From: Rhodosorus marinus CCMP1338
Lineage: Eukaryota > Plantae > Rhodophyta
Length of the DNA: 64,000 nt
Direction: 5' to 3'
Assembly: GCA_029953675.1 (NCBI GenBank)
Contig: JAMWBK010000011.1
Span: forward strand, 496,001-560,000
Shown: positions 25,029-38,747 of the stretch, piece by piece
Layout: each line of letters starts with the position of its first letter
Numbering within the stretch: the first letter of the stretch is position 1
The notes under the pieces: generated by a model
What the model was told of the DNA's origin: nothing
The model's database searches: none
What the model saw: the letters and a program-made list of their open reading frames with translations, nothing else
Made by a program: the position numbers and the translations under genes

Positions 25029-25977
25029 ATGGAGCCTGAGGATGAAGCCAGATTGAAAGGAGTAGTTGTAGGTCGAAGTGTTTGGATTGACGATGGCGGG
25101 TGAGTGGCTTGCTTCCCGTCCTTTCGTCGAGTGAGTTTGTCTGACAATTTGCAGGGGTCTGTGTTGTAGCAGAAGCGACATTAGTGTCGTGGACGTGCTG
25201 GGAGTCGGCAAGGGCAACCTTTCCCGGGGAGTTCCTACGTTCGGGACGGACTCACGAGATGAGGATGCGCCCATGCTAGGTAGGTGAAGGGGCAGATGGT
25301 GATCACTAGCTGCGCGTTCTTGGGAGGTATTCTTACTCTCCGTACATGACAAGCACGTTTAGGAAAATTTGAAAGGGGACAACGTGAAGGAGATTCTCTG
25401 TTGGAGCATGTGCAATTATCGCTTTGGGAAGCATACTACTTAGCGGTTAATCGCGAAATGTTAACTCTTTCACGCGGCGATGACCATCTTTCCGCCGACG
25501 CCGCGTGGTCTGAGTTTAAAGAGTAGGTGGCTCGCGCCCTCAAAATCTTCGTGCAAGTCTCCAGAAAACCTGAAAATTGTTCTTAAATGTTGTCCTTGTT
25601 ACTCTGCGAAAAGCGCTGACCCTGATCTTCCTTACAAATACTCGGTATACGCCTGGTTCCGGGAACGAGGGGTGGTTGCTCGATCGGGACTCAAGCTTGG
25701 AGTAGAGTTTGCGCTCTATGAAGAATCCAGCATCGTGCAAGGTCACAGGCACGCGTTCGCGTTGGCCGTCGTTTGCGGACTCCCCTCTCAGCTCATCGCT
25801 GGAGATACCCAGCCAAACTGGAGCAGAATCCACAGCGCGATGCGCGTGGCTCATTCCGTCGAGAAAAAACTCATTTTGGTCCAGGTTTCTGGGAGCAGTT
25901 CTGAAACCTCCACCAGTGCGGAAAGCCTCAACACCTTGGCCATCCACACAATCGTCCTCAGCAAATGCGCAATGTGA
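25029..25977 (+). CDS. SEN2: tRNA-splicing endonuclease subunit Sen2-like, multi-exon
   Basis: Exons give GVGKGNLSRGVP, EHVQLSLWEAYYL and YSVYAWFRERGVVARSGLKLGVEFALY...HA...WSRIHSAMRVAHSVEKKLIL; GTGAGT/GTAGGT donors. Confidence 0.8.
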
Positions 25978-27419
25978 CCGCGGCCATATCAATTAACTGA
26001 AAATAGAAAACTTTATGTAATATCATATCCTCATTGGTGAATATCGATCACAAAGGACAGATGTCATATGACTAGTTAACATCTTGCAACTGCTCTTGAA
26101 CATGATTTGTCCACAGGGGCACATTGGCTCAATAAATTGGAAGACATTTTGAACCCTCCAGCGACTTAACGGCAAGTTCTCCATTGTAAATTACCTAAGC
26201 GTCTCGCAAACTCGAAACCTATTGGTCAACGTTCATATAGGACGGTTGTCGCGTAAAAATTGGATTATACGTTTTCGAAGATATCTAATTGGATAAATGC
26301 GTTATAGTTGGAGGCGTCTTAATCCAATAAAGACGTGCATCGTCAAACGAACTGACAAGATGATCACATCTTCTCTACATGAAGAGCCAGCAGCTTCCGC
26401 ATCCATGAAACGTGAGAAGATGCGGAAGTTCAGTAGCACCGAAAAGATAAACGACTCCGGTGAAACGCAAGTTAGGTGTATTCCGGTCCGAGAATCCATG
26501 CGGCGTTTCAGCAATCCAGTCCCACCTCCAAACCAGATATCCGAACCTCGCTTTTCCGATGATTAACCCGGAAGCTGAGCGCAGTTCCGTGATGGCAAGC
26601 TTCTCAGCATGCCTGTGCACTCTTCGCTTCACTTCCCAATACCTAATCAAAGCTCCTGCTGGAACCCGACTGGAGAACAACACACATCTGCACACAGAAT
26701 CAGACTGGTCTCCACTGTCAGTAGTTGCGCACATCCTAAATCACATTCCACGATACCGTCCCACCCAAACAAGAAACCCGTAGACCCAAAATCCACCATC
26801 GCATTCGGACAACAAGAGCCATGCGTCACCCAAACCTACCCAAACCGTCCCACCCCACAAACCTTCATGTCCCATTAGCAATCTTACCACATCCCCCTCC
26901 CCAATCGTGCTTCCCAGCAAAAATTATAATTCTAGAAACAGCAAATCAGAAACTCTCACAGTTCTCAACCCCATGCACCCCCCCCCAATTCCCTCTAACA
27001 ATCCTAGACTGTCCCAAACTCTCAAAACCCCACCCCCTTCCCATTACTAAATCCACCATCCCAAACTAAAATTAAAGATAAAACTACGCCGTTTTGTCAT
27101 ACGTCACCACAACCACGTCTTTTTTCCCACCGCCGACCTTTTTCTCTTTTTCTTCTGGTTCACTCCTGCTGGACAGGTTTTCCCACATTTCGGGCTTTTC
27201 TCTTCAGGGTTGGTGACAGGAATGGAAAGACTATATACTAAGTATTTGTGTCTTGGCATTCTTTTTGGAAGTTGGGATGGGAAGAGAGAGATGGGAAGAG
27301 ATGGCATGGGAGGGAGAGATATTGCAATTTTTGCTATAGGGAGTGACGAGGAGGGAGATTTGGGAGGATGATTTTGGGAGATAGCTGAGAAGGATAGGGA
27401 GTTTTTTTTGAAGAGCTAG

Positions 27420-29434
27420 ATGTGTGCGTTTGTTATTGGGTCTGGGGTCGGAGTGAGGACTGGTGGGGAGCGGAGGGGGGTGTGTGTGGGGAAGCGGGTG
27501 AGATGGGTTGAGAGGCGGGGGGTGGTGAGGGCTGTAGTTGAGCCTGACCAGAAGGAGACTGTTAAAAAGAAGGGTGTTGAGAAGGAGGCTGATGTTGTTG
27601 AGGAAAAGGGAAATGGTGCTGTTCCTCCGGAGGTGGGTTGTGTTTTTTTGTGAGTTTTGGGATGAGATAAGGTCTCTTACTCTGTTCTCACATCGCTGGG
27701 TTTTTTTTTGTTGTGCATTTTTTTTCATTGGATTTTTTTTAGGTGCCGTTGATAGTTCCGAAAAGGACAACGTTTGCTGGTCTGGTTTATGATCGGCTCC
27801 AGGACACGGGAGCGGATATTGCTCAGCATGTTGGTCGGATGGTGACAAAGCCACAAGTGAAGAAGGACGTCAAACGTCCCAGATTGGTTATCCTTGGCTC
27901 TGGTAAGGGAGGAGGCTAGGCGTCAGAGGATCAGAATTTCTTTGACCGCTGACACACGCGTGGATATTTGAACTGGGTTATCAGGATGGGCATCCCATTC
28001 GTTTGCAAAGGTCGTCGACGCAGTCAAGTATGAGGTAGTCATCGTATCTCCTAGGAACTATTTTCTTTTCACGCCCATGCTCGCTTCTACCGCTGTGGGA
28101 ACCATTGAATTTCGTTCAATTGTAGAACCGATACGGAAAGCAAATGAGTTTATCGACTACTTCGAGGCTAGCTGTCTGGGGATCAACATCGAAGACCAGG
28201 TACAGCATGACTTTGAATGACTGGATTCCCGCCTACGTGCTTCTAATTATGCGCATGAACTCTTATGCAGGTTATTAAATGCGAGAGCGTGCAACAACTT
28301 GAAGGAGAGTCAAACGTATTCGATATTCCTTATGACTACCTGATCCTCGGCGTGGGTGCGTCTACGAATACCTTCGGAATTCCCGGCGTGGAGGAAAACT
28401 GCTACTTTCTCAAGGAGATTGAGCAGGCTCGAGAGCTCAGGAAGGGCGTCATCACACGATTCGAGAGAGCCAACTTGCCCTCGACACCCGAGGAGGAGAG
28501 GAAACGGCTCTTGAGTTTTGTCGTCGTTGGTGGAGGCCCAACCGGTACGTAAAAGTTTAAGATGTCATTCGAAGTGACGGCGGATTACGGTCTAAAGCTG
28601 CTCGCTGGCGTTGTGATCACTTCATCAGGAGTCGAGTACGCGGCGGAACTTCACGACCTGGTTACTGAGGACATGTCCAAAAAGTACTCAAAGCTGATGG
28701 AGTATTTCAGCGTGTCGCTTGTGCAGAGGCAGGATACGATCCTCACTCAGTTCGACGGCGCTCTTCAGCAGCGCGCCATGGACAACTTCAAGCAGAGCGG
28801 CATAAATGTCATCACTGGTGCGAACGTCGTGGAGGTTACGCCGACGGCCATTCTCCTGAAGGACGGGAGGGAACTGCCACAAGGAATGACGCTCTGGGCT
28901 GCTGGAAATGGGACCCAAAGGCTGGTGCAAGACTTGCTCCATTCGATTCCCGAACAGACCGAAGCGAGGGGAAGACTCATCGTCGATGACTGGCTTCGTG
29001 TAAGGGGCGCGGAGAACGTTTTCGCGTTCGGAGACTGCGCAGCGATGGAGACCGGCGCACTCCCTCCAACTGCACAGGTAGCTGGTCAGCAGGGAGCCTA
29101 CCTCGGGCGCCTCTTCAACCGAGACTACTGCCTACAATGCGAACTTCCGTACGCTACTGCAAAGCCGAACTCGAACGTAGAGACGATTGGCATGACCGAC
29201 CTGGCGAAGCCGTTCCAGTTCCTCTCGCTAGGAATCATGGCGTACATCGGGGAAGAGAAGTCGATGATCCAATTCGAGGCCGGTGAGAACAAGGTCAAGC
29301 TCTCCGGCGCCTTGACCTACCTTCTCTGGCAATCCGTGTACGCAACGAAACAGGTCTCATTCAGAAGCAGAGTTCTCGTCCTCTTCGACTGGTTCAAGAC
29401 GAAAGTATTCGGAAGGGACCTCTCCCAGTTCTAG
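27420..29434 (+). CDS. Type II NAD(P)H:quinone dehydrogenase (NDA/NDB-like) with MCAFV presequence, multi-exon
   Basis: PRLVILGS|GW, SPRNYFLFTPML, GTIEFRSIVEPIR, YDYLILGVGA, VVVGGGPTG|VEYAAEL, FAFGDC, LPPTAQVAGQQG and VLFDWFKTKVFGRD motifs. Confidence 0.92.
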
Positions 29435-29554
29435 CTACACCACTATCCAACCTGCTCACTGTTCACATGGTGAGTATGGCTCATAGACTGATTCGGGGGA
29501 ATTGTTGAGCTGTACTCTAACGACGCTTACCAAAAAAGTTTCTCAACTGGGAGA

Positions 29555-30981
29555 TCAAACTTGCCTCTGACGATGCATAAAGCCAGTTCTATTGTTGTTT
29601 TGAAGATTTAGATTAATAAATAAGTCCATAAGTTGTTCTCTGACGGACCGTCCTTTTGAATTTGTGACTCTTCCAAAGCTTTTGATGGTCTTCATCGATG
29701 TCCTGGAATCCAGCCGGACAAGCTTGCTCGCTCCCCATGGGTGCGGAGGTGGTGTACTTTGCTTGTCAGTCTTCATGCTCTCTGAGTCTTGGATGTTTAG
29801 ACAAAGTCTAGGACATCTGCGTTCAGCTATGTAAGCAAGCAGAGAAAGAACGTGCCTAGTTCTCTGACAGAGAGAAGGGGAGGGAAAGTTTAGTTGCGTC
29901 AAGGTAGGCACCTAGTCTCGAGCGAGCTTCTGGATGTGGTAGACCTCTTGTAGTCAGTGAGACAAACGCACTGAAGAGGGAAGAAGAGCAGGGGTGTTGC
30001 TGCTTCAGGGCTACAGAAAGTCCCGAAACGAGCTCCGTGGGTTTAGCAAGCAGATGCACAGAGGAAGGACGTGCCTAGTTCCTTGACCAAGGAGGCAAGG
30101 AAAGTCTTGATACTCCCAGTCTTGAACAAACTGCGGAATGCGGATAGAGTTTCTGTTTTCAGCGAGGCCAACACAGGACGCGTCCAGTTCTGACGGAGGT
30201 GAGAAGTGGATAACTCTGGTTGCTTCAGGGCTGCGTTTTCAGTGACAATCTCCGCCATGAGATAGAGAGCTTTAGGTTCATATAATGAGGGCGGAAACGA
30301 GCGGATCAAATTGGCGAAAGGAGGAAAAAACCTGGCTCTTTCTTGTGGGTGAGTTTGTTCGTCGCTGCGGATCATGACGACAAGACAAGCTTGAGCTGTT
30401 TGGAGAAAGAAATCTGTCAAGCTGCGTTGGTATCGGGCGACGGAGGGCGAGCCTTTTTTAAGTAGCGGATGTGGATGTGACAGGGAGTATTGGCGGTGAG
30501 CAGCTAGGGTGCAGAGCGTACCAGGACTTGGTAAGGGATTTGGAAGCTTTTGTGGAAGAAGACGGGTTTATGAAGGGCTGGTTTCTCAGTCAGTCAAGAG
30601 CTGAGCCAGTTGTGCCGTTGCGTTCCTATGGGACGGGGTGCTTTGAAGAAGGGGTAGCTTGAATTCTGACAATCGGCTGAACCGCTTTGGTCTTTCAGGG
30701 AAGGAGACTTTGTTTGAGGGGGGATAGCTTTCCAGCGGGTTGAGTCCGGCGCGGGGTTTAACTGAAGCTTTGAAGCGGGACAAACTGGGGGCGGACGAGG
30801 GAACTTGCGGGAGGTGGACGGGGGTGGATTTCTTTGGAAAAGAAGGATGGACTAGGATGGGAAGATGACATTTGTCTCTTCGTGAAGGGACCACGAGGTT
30901 GATTTCGTTGATACTCTTGAGGAGAGTAGAACTCGTCGGCCGTCTTACCGAGCTGGAAGCCGACCTCAGGTGTTTTTCCAA
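29555..30981 (-). CDS. Possible hypothetical multi-exon protein, divergent from Mfd
   Basis: Chain of ORFs (30586..30981, 30043..30420, 29555..29911) with helical protein-like stretches and plausible GT/AG sites; no motif recognised and exon structure not resolved. Confidence 0.3.
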
Positions 30982-30998
30982 AGAAGGGGAAGTGTTTT

Positions 30999-33900
30999 AT
31001 GTGGGCGATGGCGTTTCTACCCGGAGGTGCTTGGGGCTTAGAGGGCCGAAGAAGAAGCGGTCTGCAGTATGCGTGTAAGAGGAGGTCTCGGATTGTGAGA
31101 TGGGGTTCAAAATCTGCAGATGATCTGCACGTTGAGAAGGCCATCCCTGCCATCAAGGTCGGCGAGCTGGTGATACATGACAAGTACGGAATCGGGAGGT
31201 TCCTGGGGGTTGATACGTCGACCACAGGTGAGGATTTCGCCGTTTTGGATTACAAGGATGGGGATCTTTTAGTTCCCATGTCACAACTGGACAGACTGTC
31301 GAGAGTATCCAAAGGTAGGTTTTGGAGAACAGGACTGATAGGGGCAGGGCAGCCGTTTTTGGAGTGTTTTAGGGGGAACTGAAGGAACGTGGGTTTTTTT
31401 TTTGCTGGTTTCGTTGTTTTGCTTGAGTTAAGATGATGGAAATCCGCGCATTGACAACCTCATCTCGTCCAACGCTTACTCGGAGAATCCGACGATAAGA
31501 AAACAGCGATCGAGAACGAGGCAGAGAAGCAGGGAAAAGGTTCGGCAGAGAATCTTAGATCTACAAGGTAGGGTTTTGTTATGGCCACTCCCAAGCGAGC
31601 GAACCTTGAAGAACTGCACATCCGGAACAGTGCTTATTCTGTCTTACGGATGCTCCAGAGAAGCATCGTTGACTTGTGCGTCACGGACTAGTCCAAGAGA
31701 ATCGTGCAACTAGTCGCCACTAGTCCAGCACATTGCCTTTCTGCTGCTTTCCAAGTCGTTTGGGATCAGCATTCCGCGTGTTTAAGTGCTTCCAGCTCGG
31801 GAAGGCACTCGCTGGTAGCTCTTCAATGTAGTCGTTCCTGAAACTACATTGAAAAGGAGCATACTCTGAACTTGTTGTTGGCAGTTCTATAACCCAACAA
31901 CAAACGCCTTTCCCGGTGCTTTCCACGTCGTTTGGGATTAGTATTCTACACGTGTACTTGACTCCTGGTCGGAACGCACTCGCTGGTAGCGGTTCGACGT
32001 AATTGTGTCTGAAGGGAGCAAACTCTGAACTTGTCCTTAACAACCTTCCGATTTTGTAGGCTTGTATGCGTCACGGAGCAAACTGCAAAGGCCGCCGATC
32101 GATTTCCACGAGCATGAACTGGAATCCAAATTCAACGAAAGCTTTCCGTTCAAGCTGACGAGCGGTCAGAAGCAGGCTTTAGATGAGGTCCTTGAAAACC
32201 TCTGCGAGGATGATCAACCGATGGACAGACTGTTGTGCGGAGATGTTGGGTTTGGAAAGACTGAGGTTGCGTTTAGAGCAGCGTTTAGGATGCTTTTGCA
32301 CGGCAAGCAGGTTTGGCAGAGCTTTTGTCAAGGCCGTTTGCTTTCTTTGGAGGTTCTTCGTGAGCTGATCGTTTTCTTTATTTCACGCACTGAGCTAGGT
32401 TGCGATTCTTTGTCCCACGACGATTCTCGCAACCCAACACAGTTTGAAGGCGTTGGAGAGATTCAAAGATGTTCCGGAACAGGTACGGATTGGATCTTTG
32501 TCGAGGTTCGTAAGGAGCAAGGAGCGTCTCGCGACCATTGCCGGCCTTTCCGATGGCTCCATTAACTTTGTCATTGGCACCCATGCGCTGCTCTCTGAAA
32601 GCGTCAAATTCAAAAACCTCGGGTTGCTTATAAGTAAGTCACCCGTGTTGAAGGAATCTGACAACCCCCTCGTTCATGCTCTATTCATCTCATTAAGTAC
32701 CTGGTAACACTTCCACAGTCGACGAGGAACACCGCTTTGGGGTCTACCAGAAGGAACAGATCCGAAACCAGAACAAGACAATCGATACTCTATCGCTCTC
32801 GGCGACGCCTATTCCACGCACTCTCCACTTGTCCATGAATGGCCTTCGGGATGTCTCAGTCATAACTACGCCGCCGGAGAACCGCTTGCCGATTATAACA
32901 AAGCTTGGACCGAGAGGAAACGGAACCGTTAGACGAGCCATAGGTTTCGAGCTCGCTCGTGGGGGACAGGTACTTTGGCCGCGACGACTACAGATGACTA
33001 GGAAGGGAGGCTCTGTAGAGGCAGTTTTCTCAACCCTCAAAAACTGTGGCCGTTTCGATTCGCAGGTGTTCTATGTGGTCAGACATATTTCGAAGATCAG
33101 AAACGTTGCGCTTTGGATCAAGGACATGTTTCCAGATAGGAGAGTTATCATTGCTCACGGGGAATGCAAAGACCTTGAGCGACGGATTAACTCGTTCGCT
33201 GAGGGAAAAGCTGACATTTTGGTCTGCACGACCATCATTGAAACTGGGATTGATATGCCACAAGTGAACACGATTGTAAGCTCTCAGTCCCTCTATGACT
33301 GTCTTCCATCTGTCGCTAACACCTCGTTTTCAAACGTACAGGTCATTGATGAGCCTGCGCTGCTTGGACTTGCTCAGCTGCACCAACTCAGGGGGCGTGT
33401 GGGTCGCAGCGAACTGCAGGGATACGCGTGGCTGCTCTATGAAGGCTCAAGAAACACGGTCAACGAAAGGCTTCGGATCCTTGAGCAGTATTCTGGTATA
33501 GTCCTTGGCGCCCCCAAGCGCTGAGTGTTTCCTTGGAGAAGTTGGTGTCGCTCATTGCTTTTTTGTTCAAACGTCTTAGGGCTAGGAGCTGGTTTTGAAG
33601 TAGCTCAGAAGGACCTAGAGCTCCGCGGGATGGGCTCGGTACTAGGCATTGAACAGTCTGGGAAGGCGACGACAATGGAACCCGCTGATTTCGCTCGAAT
33701 GTTGGCAGAAGAGATCTCACTGGCCAAGCAACCCGAACTTCGAGTTCTTCCCCCGCTACCGCAGGTGGCGGCCACTGAAATTTTCCTGCCGGTGGATTCC
33801 CACATTCCGAGAGATTACATAACGGATGACCACTTGCGACTTGAGATCTACTTTCAGCTTGCTAATGCCGAGAATGAGGCTGACCTTCAGGAGCTAGCAG

Positions 33901-34300
33901 AAAGAATCGGAAAACTGTGGGGAACTCCAATGCCTCTGAAGATGGTTCAGTTTATCAACCTGATTGAAATGAAAGTACGGCTCGGCCTCTCAAAATGATC
34001 TTTGAGTGATAAGTCTTACCTTCCCGGTCTCACGATGAAGAATTGATCCTCTGACCCGCGTCCAAATTGTTCCAGATCTATGGAAAATCACTAGGAATAT
34101 CCAAAATTGTTGCCGATAAACCGCACGTCGTGATAGATTGGGACATAGCCGCTCGGACGCTTAAATTTCTGACGTCGTTTATAGTCGATGAAAGGGATAG
34201 GAACAGGTTTTCTTTCGACGGCGAAAACGGGCAGATCATTCTTCGAGGAATGGGGCTCTTTGCTGGGGACGCGCAGGTTGCGAAGTTGAGGTCTTGGTAG
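30999..34300 (+). CDS. mfd: Transcription-repair coupling factor Mfd (plastid-type), multi-exon
   Basis: CarD-like VIHDKYGIGRFLG; PMDRLLCGDVGFGKTEVA; VDEEHRFG; SATPIPRTL; CTTIIETGIDMP; LGLAQLHQLRGRVGRS; DLELRGMGSVLGIEQSG; TRCF-like IPRDYI...RLEIY; MAFL presequence. Confidence 0.93.
31735..32040 (+). repeat. Imperfect tandem duplication (~165-170 bp period) inside the 492-bp Mfd intron (31568-32059)
   Basis: Shared blocks GCTTTCCA.GTCGTTTGGGAT, GCACTCGCTGGTAGC and GGAGCA.ACTCTGAACTTGT each occur twice. Confidence 0.75.
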
Positions 34301-36699
34301 GCGGCTCGAATCTCGTTTTTCTTTTGAGCACCTCATCGCTCATTCCTTACAGGAGGAAGCTTTGGACTCCTTTCCTCTTCAAGTTGGATTGGAAGCTGAT
34401 ACGAATTTTCTTCTGCACGCTTAGGTTGCAAAGTTTCGATAGATGCAATCGGGAGATGCGAGATGCAGAATCCAGACCTGGCTCTAGCCCGTTTCCTGGT
34501 ACAGGGGGTCAATCAAGTTGACGTGTTGGCGGTGCAGAATGGGAGTCAGGACAGCCGGTGAGCTTCTCTGCTGGTTTTCCTTTAGTATGACCAGGTGGCG
34601 TTGAAAGGGATGTAGTGTAATTAAAACGTACTGGACTTATAGAAAGTACAGAACTGAATCCGATAGTCTAAAACTCCTAAACCCAAGGGACACACGAAAT
34701 AGTTCTCGGGAAAATTTCGCACAAAGATCCAGAGCGTGGAGGACCATTCCTCACATCTCTCTACAACCACCTCCTGAATATGAGAATTTCTCCTAAATTC
34801 TTCGTTGTCGCCCAGTCTCGCTTCCAATAGTTTACACCCTCGCCCCACAAAAACAAGAAAGAGTTGAGCAACCAAAAAAACCGGGGGAAACGTAGAGAAC
34901 CTACACTAAACGCCCTCGCCTATTGTAAGCTCCAGTTCGTTCTCATGGAGACAAACGAAGCCTTCAACGCGTCCATCACCAACCTATCCCCGAGAACCAC
35001 GCTCCAAGACGCCAAAAATGAATTGAGTTCACAAAAATCACAAAAATCAGTTTCAGCTATAAATAGATATCAATCAAACGAACCCACCAGAAATTTTCGA
35101 ATTACAGCTACCTTGAAATAAGAAAATAAAGAATATGACGCGTGACTTAACTTCATTGGCTTATATTTTGGGGTTGCCTTGGGGATCTATTTTTGGGCGG
35201 TGCAAGTGGGAATGCTTGAATTGATGCTCAATTTCAACAACACCGAATTGTCCTCGATAGTATCTCATTAGCACTGAACTACACTATTTTAGAATTTTAT
35301 AATGGTTTACTATGATTGTACTATTGTTGGAGTAGGAATGGACTCTCTCTCTCTCCCGTCTCTCTCTTTGGTCGGTCTCAGCGAAGGGTGATTTTAGCTC
35401 GATTCTGGAACTGCGGCTGGTTTGGAGGTTCGTTAGGACCAGGTGAGGGGGTTTGATGCTCAGGCCGACCTGTATGTCCGAGAAGTTGAGGGTTTTTAGG
35501 GTTTTTTGGTTTTCTATCCATCCAGAGTACCAGCATCTTCTTGGCCTAGCAGGGAGGAAGGAGCAAGAACTTGGCTGTGCGGTGCAGTCGAAGTCTTTAA
35601 AAGGAAGCGAATGCGGAACTACTTCGTGTCGTCAAGGGGGACCTGGAGCAGTCGGGCGCCGTAGTTTACCACGTCGAAAACGTCGGTTATGAACTAGATC
35701 TCTCGGTCACGATGCAACCATTTTCTCATCATACGAATCTATCAAGATTTCACGTTTCTTCCGGTTCGCCCTCTCTGGTAACCCAACTGGAGAGAAAACA
35801 AAACCGGGAAGACGATTATCCGATGCACTAAAACTCCTCCACCGCGCAGAAGAACCCTCGCCCGTCTGAATTAATAACCGATTCCCGTTTTAGGAAAAAC
35901 TCGTCAATAAAACAAACCTGAAACAAAGAAAAAACAACAACCAACTCTCTGAATTCCACGTCCAGATTCTGTTCAACACACACTCACACACTCACGAACA
36001 GTTCAACAACTACTTCCCTACCTTCCTCAAAACAGCTCAAAAATGATCGATTTCATCAGTTCTCAGCAGAAACCCGCGTTTTGTTCACGAATTTCGTCAT
36101 TCACTTTCTCTCAGCAAAAAGTAAAATTAAACAATCTTCTTATTCCTTGCCACTGCGGAGAAAGAAAAGGTCCGCTTTCATAATGCGACGTAGAACTACC
36201 AAAAAACAGGCAAAATAATTCCTTTGCCTGCGCTGAGTCAGTAAGGCAACACCTAAAAATAGAGTTCGAAAATGGACAACGAAAGCATAAAGTAAACACA
36301 TTTCAATATACATACTATAATAAAGTAGAACAAAATTCGATGTTTCAAGCCATAAGGACAGGTGTTGAAACATGATCAGCTGTTCGGGTTTCGAAGCTCT
36401 ATTTATAGTTGCATACTTTAAAACTTTTCTGTCTTTTAAGAATATTTCGCGAGTGGGACATTGGAAATAGAAATAAATTTTACGGGTTTCTCGGATGAGG
36501 GTGTAATCGTTCAGGTCCGGAAGAAGTGTAAGGAATTAGAAAGAATTAATTGGCTTAACGGATCTTAGCTGGGTTTAGATTGGTCAATACTTATGTCTCA
36601 AACCAATGACGTTGGATGTAGTTTGAGGAGCTTATGTTGTACAATTCCGTTCACCCGAAGCCAAGGCTTTGATGGACGGATGTGGATGGAGCGACTACA

Positions 36700-36705
36700 T
36701 ATAAG
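36700..36705 (+). promoter_or_regulatory. TATA box (ATATAAGG) upstream of orphan gene A
   Basis: ~80 bp upstream of ATG 36781; the same octamer lies upstream of paralog B; ATTGG boxes further upstream. Confidence 0.5.
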
Positions 36706-36780
36706 GAGGAGCAGAGTAGCGTCGAGAAGAAGAAGTGAAGGGGTTCGGTAGGTCAGGAGTCTGTGCGGGGATTTGATAGC

Positions 36781-37185
36781 ATGGATTACTTGCTCGAGTT
36801 GGATCTGCTGCCGGACCTCCTTAATTCTTTTAGTGCCAAAGTCACGTCTAGCGAGGTGACTAGGATCACTGATCTTGAGATGGTTGATGGTGAGACGCCG
36901 ACTGCTGACGATAAGATTTCACCGCTGAAGAAAGACTTGAACGAAATAGAAGCGCGCGTGGTGAGATCGAAGAAATCGGGTCGGACCTTGAACTTGTTGG
37001 ACATGGACAACGACCTGAATAGACTTAAGGAGATTTCGAGAACCGTAGAGGAGCTTTCGAGATATTATAGCCACAGGAAAGTGTGCCTTGAAGATGAGCG
37101 ACAGGATCTTGAAGAAATGCAGCTGGAGCTAAGATCTCCACAAGAAAGAGACCTGAAACCTGGTTTCGAAGTGCTTCCTTTCTAA
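36781..37185 (+). CDS. Orphan coiled-coil protein A (134 aa), intronless
   Basis: ~50% identity by manual alignment (68/135) to ORF 38748..39155; conserved MDYLL..DLLPDL start and FE[VI]LPF* end. Confidence 0.82.
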   Translation: MDYLLELDLLPDLLNSFSAKVTSSEVTRITDLEMVDGETPTADDKISPLKKDLNEIEARVVRSKKSGRTLNLLDMDNDLNRLKEISRTVEELSRYYSHRKVCLEDERQDLEEMQLELRSPQERDLKPGFEVLPF

Positions 37186-38651
37186 ACGGGGGCTGCGCGG
37201 ATGTGGGTATATTTCCGCAGACAGGGGTGTTCAATTGGTGGCCGAGGAGCCTTTTGTATAACGTACAAAAAAGAATAAATATATTATATTTGACATACAG
37301 CACAATTCCAGAGCCGAACACTTTTGCAAACACTGGCTAGGGATCACAAGCCATGACAATGAACGAGCATCAAGCCGGTATTCAAAATTCTAGCATACCC
37401 ATTGCTCATGGTTGAGCACGAAAGCACAGCACCTTCCACCTTCTGTAAACCAAGGGGTAGAAAACCACGGGATGACGCGCAGTGCTCACTTCAACGTGTC
37501 AAAACCAGTGCCTCAGGAGGGCACTAAAAGGGGACACTGGTAGAAGGCGAGGGTCGCATTTACTTACGGTTCATAAACTGGAGCAAAAAAAAGCCGGATC
37601 GAACCACTTTATTGCAGCCCGGGGACGAAAAATATCAGTCTTAGCGTTAACGTGAAAATAGTCTTGCAAATCAAAAAGCAGTTTTCCTCTTTCTCTCCAT
37701 TTTGTTCGCTTTTGGCAGACTCTCCGCAACGAGTCGACTCAACCAAAAAGTGGACCCCCGTGAAATAAAAAACCAAACAAAAAAAAATCGAGCAAAAACG
37801 CCCTCACACTAACGTCTTGAGACAAGATTCCCTCGTCGTCCACACGAACCTCCCAACGCGCCAAAAAAAAAAAAAAAATGTCCTTGACCTCTCTCAATGT
37901 CCGTAACACCATCAAAAAAACCTCCATATTTCATATCATATTTTCTCCACCTTACCAGAACAAAACGGCAAACCCACAAGCCAAGCCAGCTCAGCCAAAC
38001 AGAACAAAATCCAATGTTCCAAACAAACTTGCTTTTGGCCAGGAAAACCAACCTAACAAAACCCATTTCACGTCTGGATCCATACGAAACGCTTAAAATA
38101 GAGTTCGACTTACATACCTTTGTGGCAGGACTCCTGATTTTTCCTTCATAAAGTTTCCAAACTACTCATTTCCCTTACGCCAATGCAGAAAAAGGGGACT
38201 TTTTCACCGGTTTAGACAACGTTTTTAAGGTTTTTAGTGAAAGCAAATGGACAGCTGTTGGATTATTGTTGGATGTTGATCGCATCAACAATAAAGAAAC
38301 TATTTTTGGAAACTGTAATACTGAAATTTTATTGAGGTGATGAGGGTTTTATTCGCGTTTTCAGTAAGTTAGTATTTATATTATTGTAATAATTGCTCGT
38401 TTAGTTGCGGAGCGAGGGAGAGGGTGTAATCAACCTTCTTGTGTTGTAAGAGAATGTTATAATTGGTCCACTTATAATGATAACGGTAAATGATTGGTAA
38501 GCGACGTGATCCGGCTCTTTTAATTGGTGATCGGAAGTTCTTGTTGAGCTTCAATTTTTTTAATGTTCGGAAAGCGGATCCGGTGTTCCCTGGGTAGCGC
38601 GTTCGGCTTCGGACACTGAATCGATGGAGGAGTCTGCTTGCCAGAGTTGGA

Positions 38652-38657
38652 TATAAG
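38652..38657 (+). promoter_or_regulatory. TATA box (ATATAAGG) upstream of orphan gene B
   Basis: ~95 bp upstream of ATG 38748; several ATTGG boxes at 38.46-38.53 kb. Confidence 0.5.
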
Positions 38658-38747
38658 GCGGGGCCTCGAGAGATGTGGAAGCGTGGGTGCGGGGACCTTA
38701 TGGACTGGTAGAGTCGAAGTTGAGTTTGGAGTCCAAACGCGAGGAGA

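Noticed and set aside
24990-25352. Minus-strand ORF containing MGASSS (myristoylation-like)
   Set aside because: Antisense shadow of SEN2 exons 1-2.
26297-27307. Short ORFs between SEN2 and NDH-2
   Set aside because: Compositionally biased; no spliced model could be supported.
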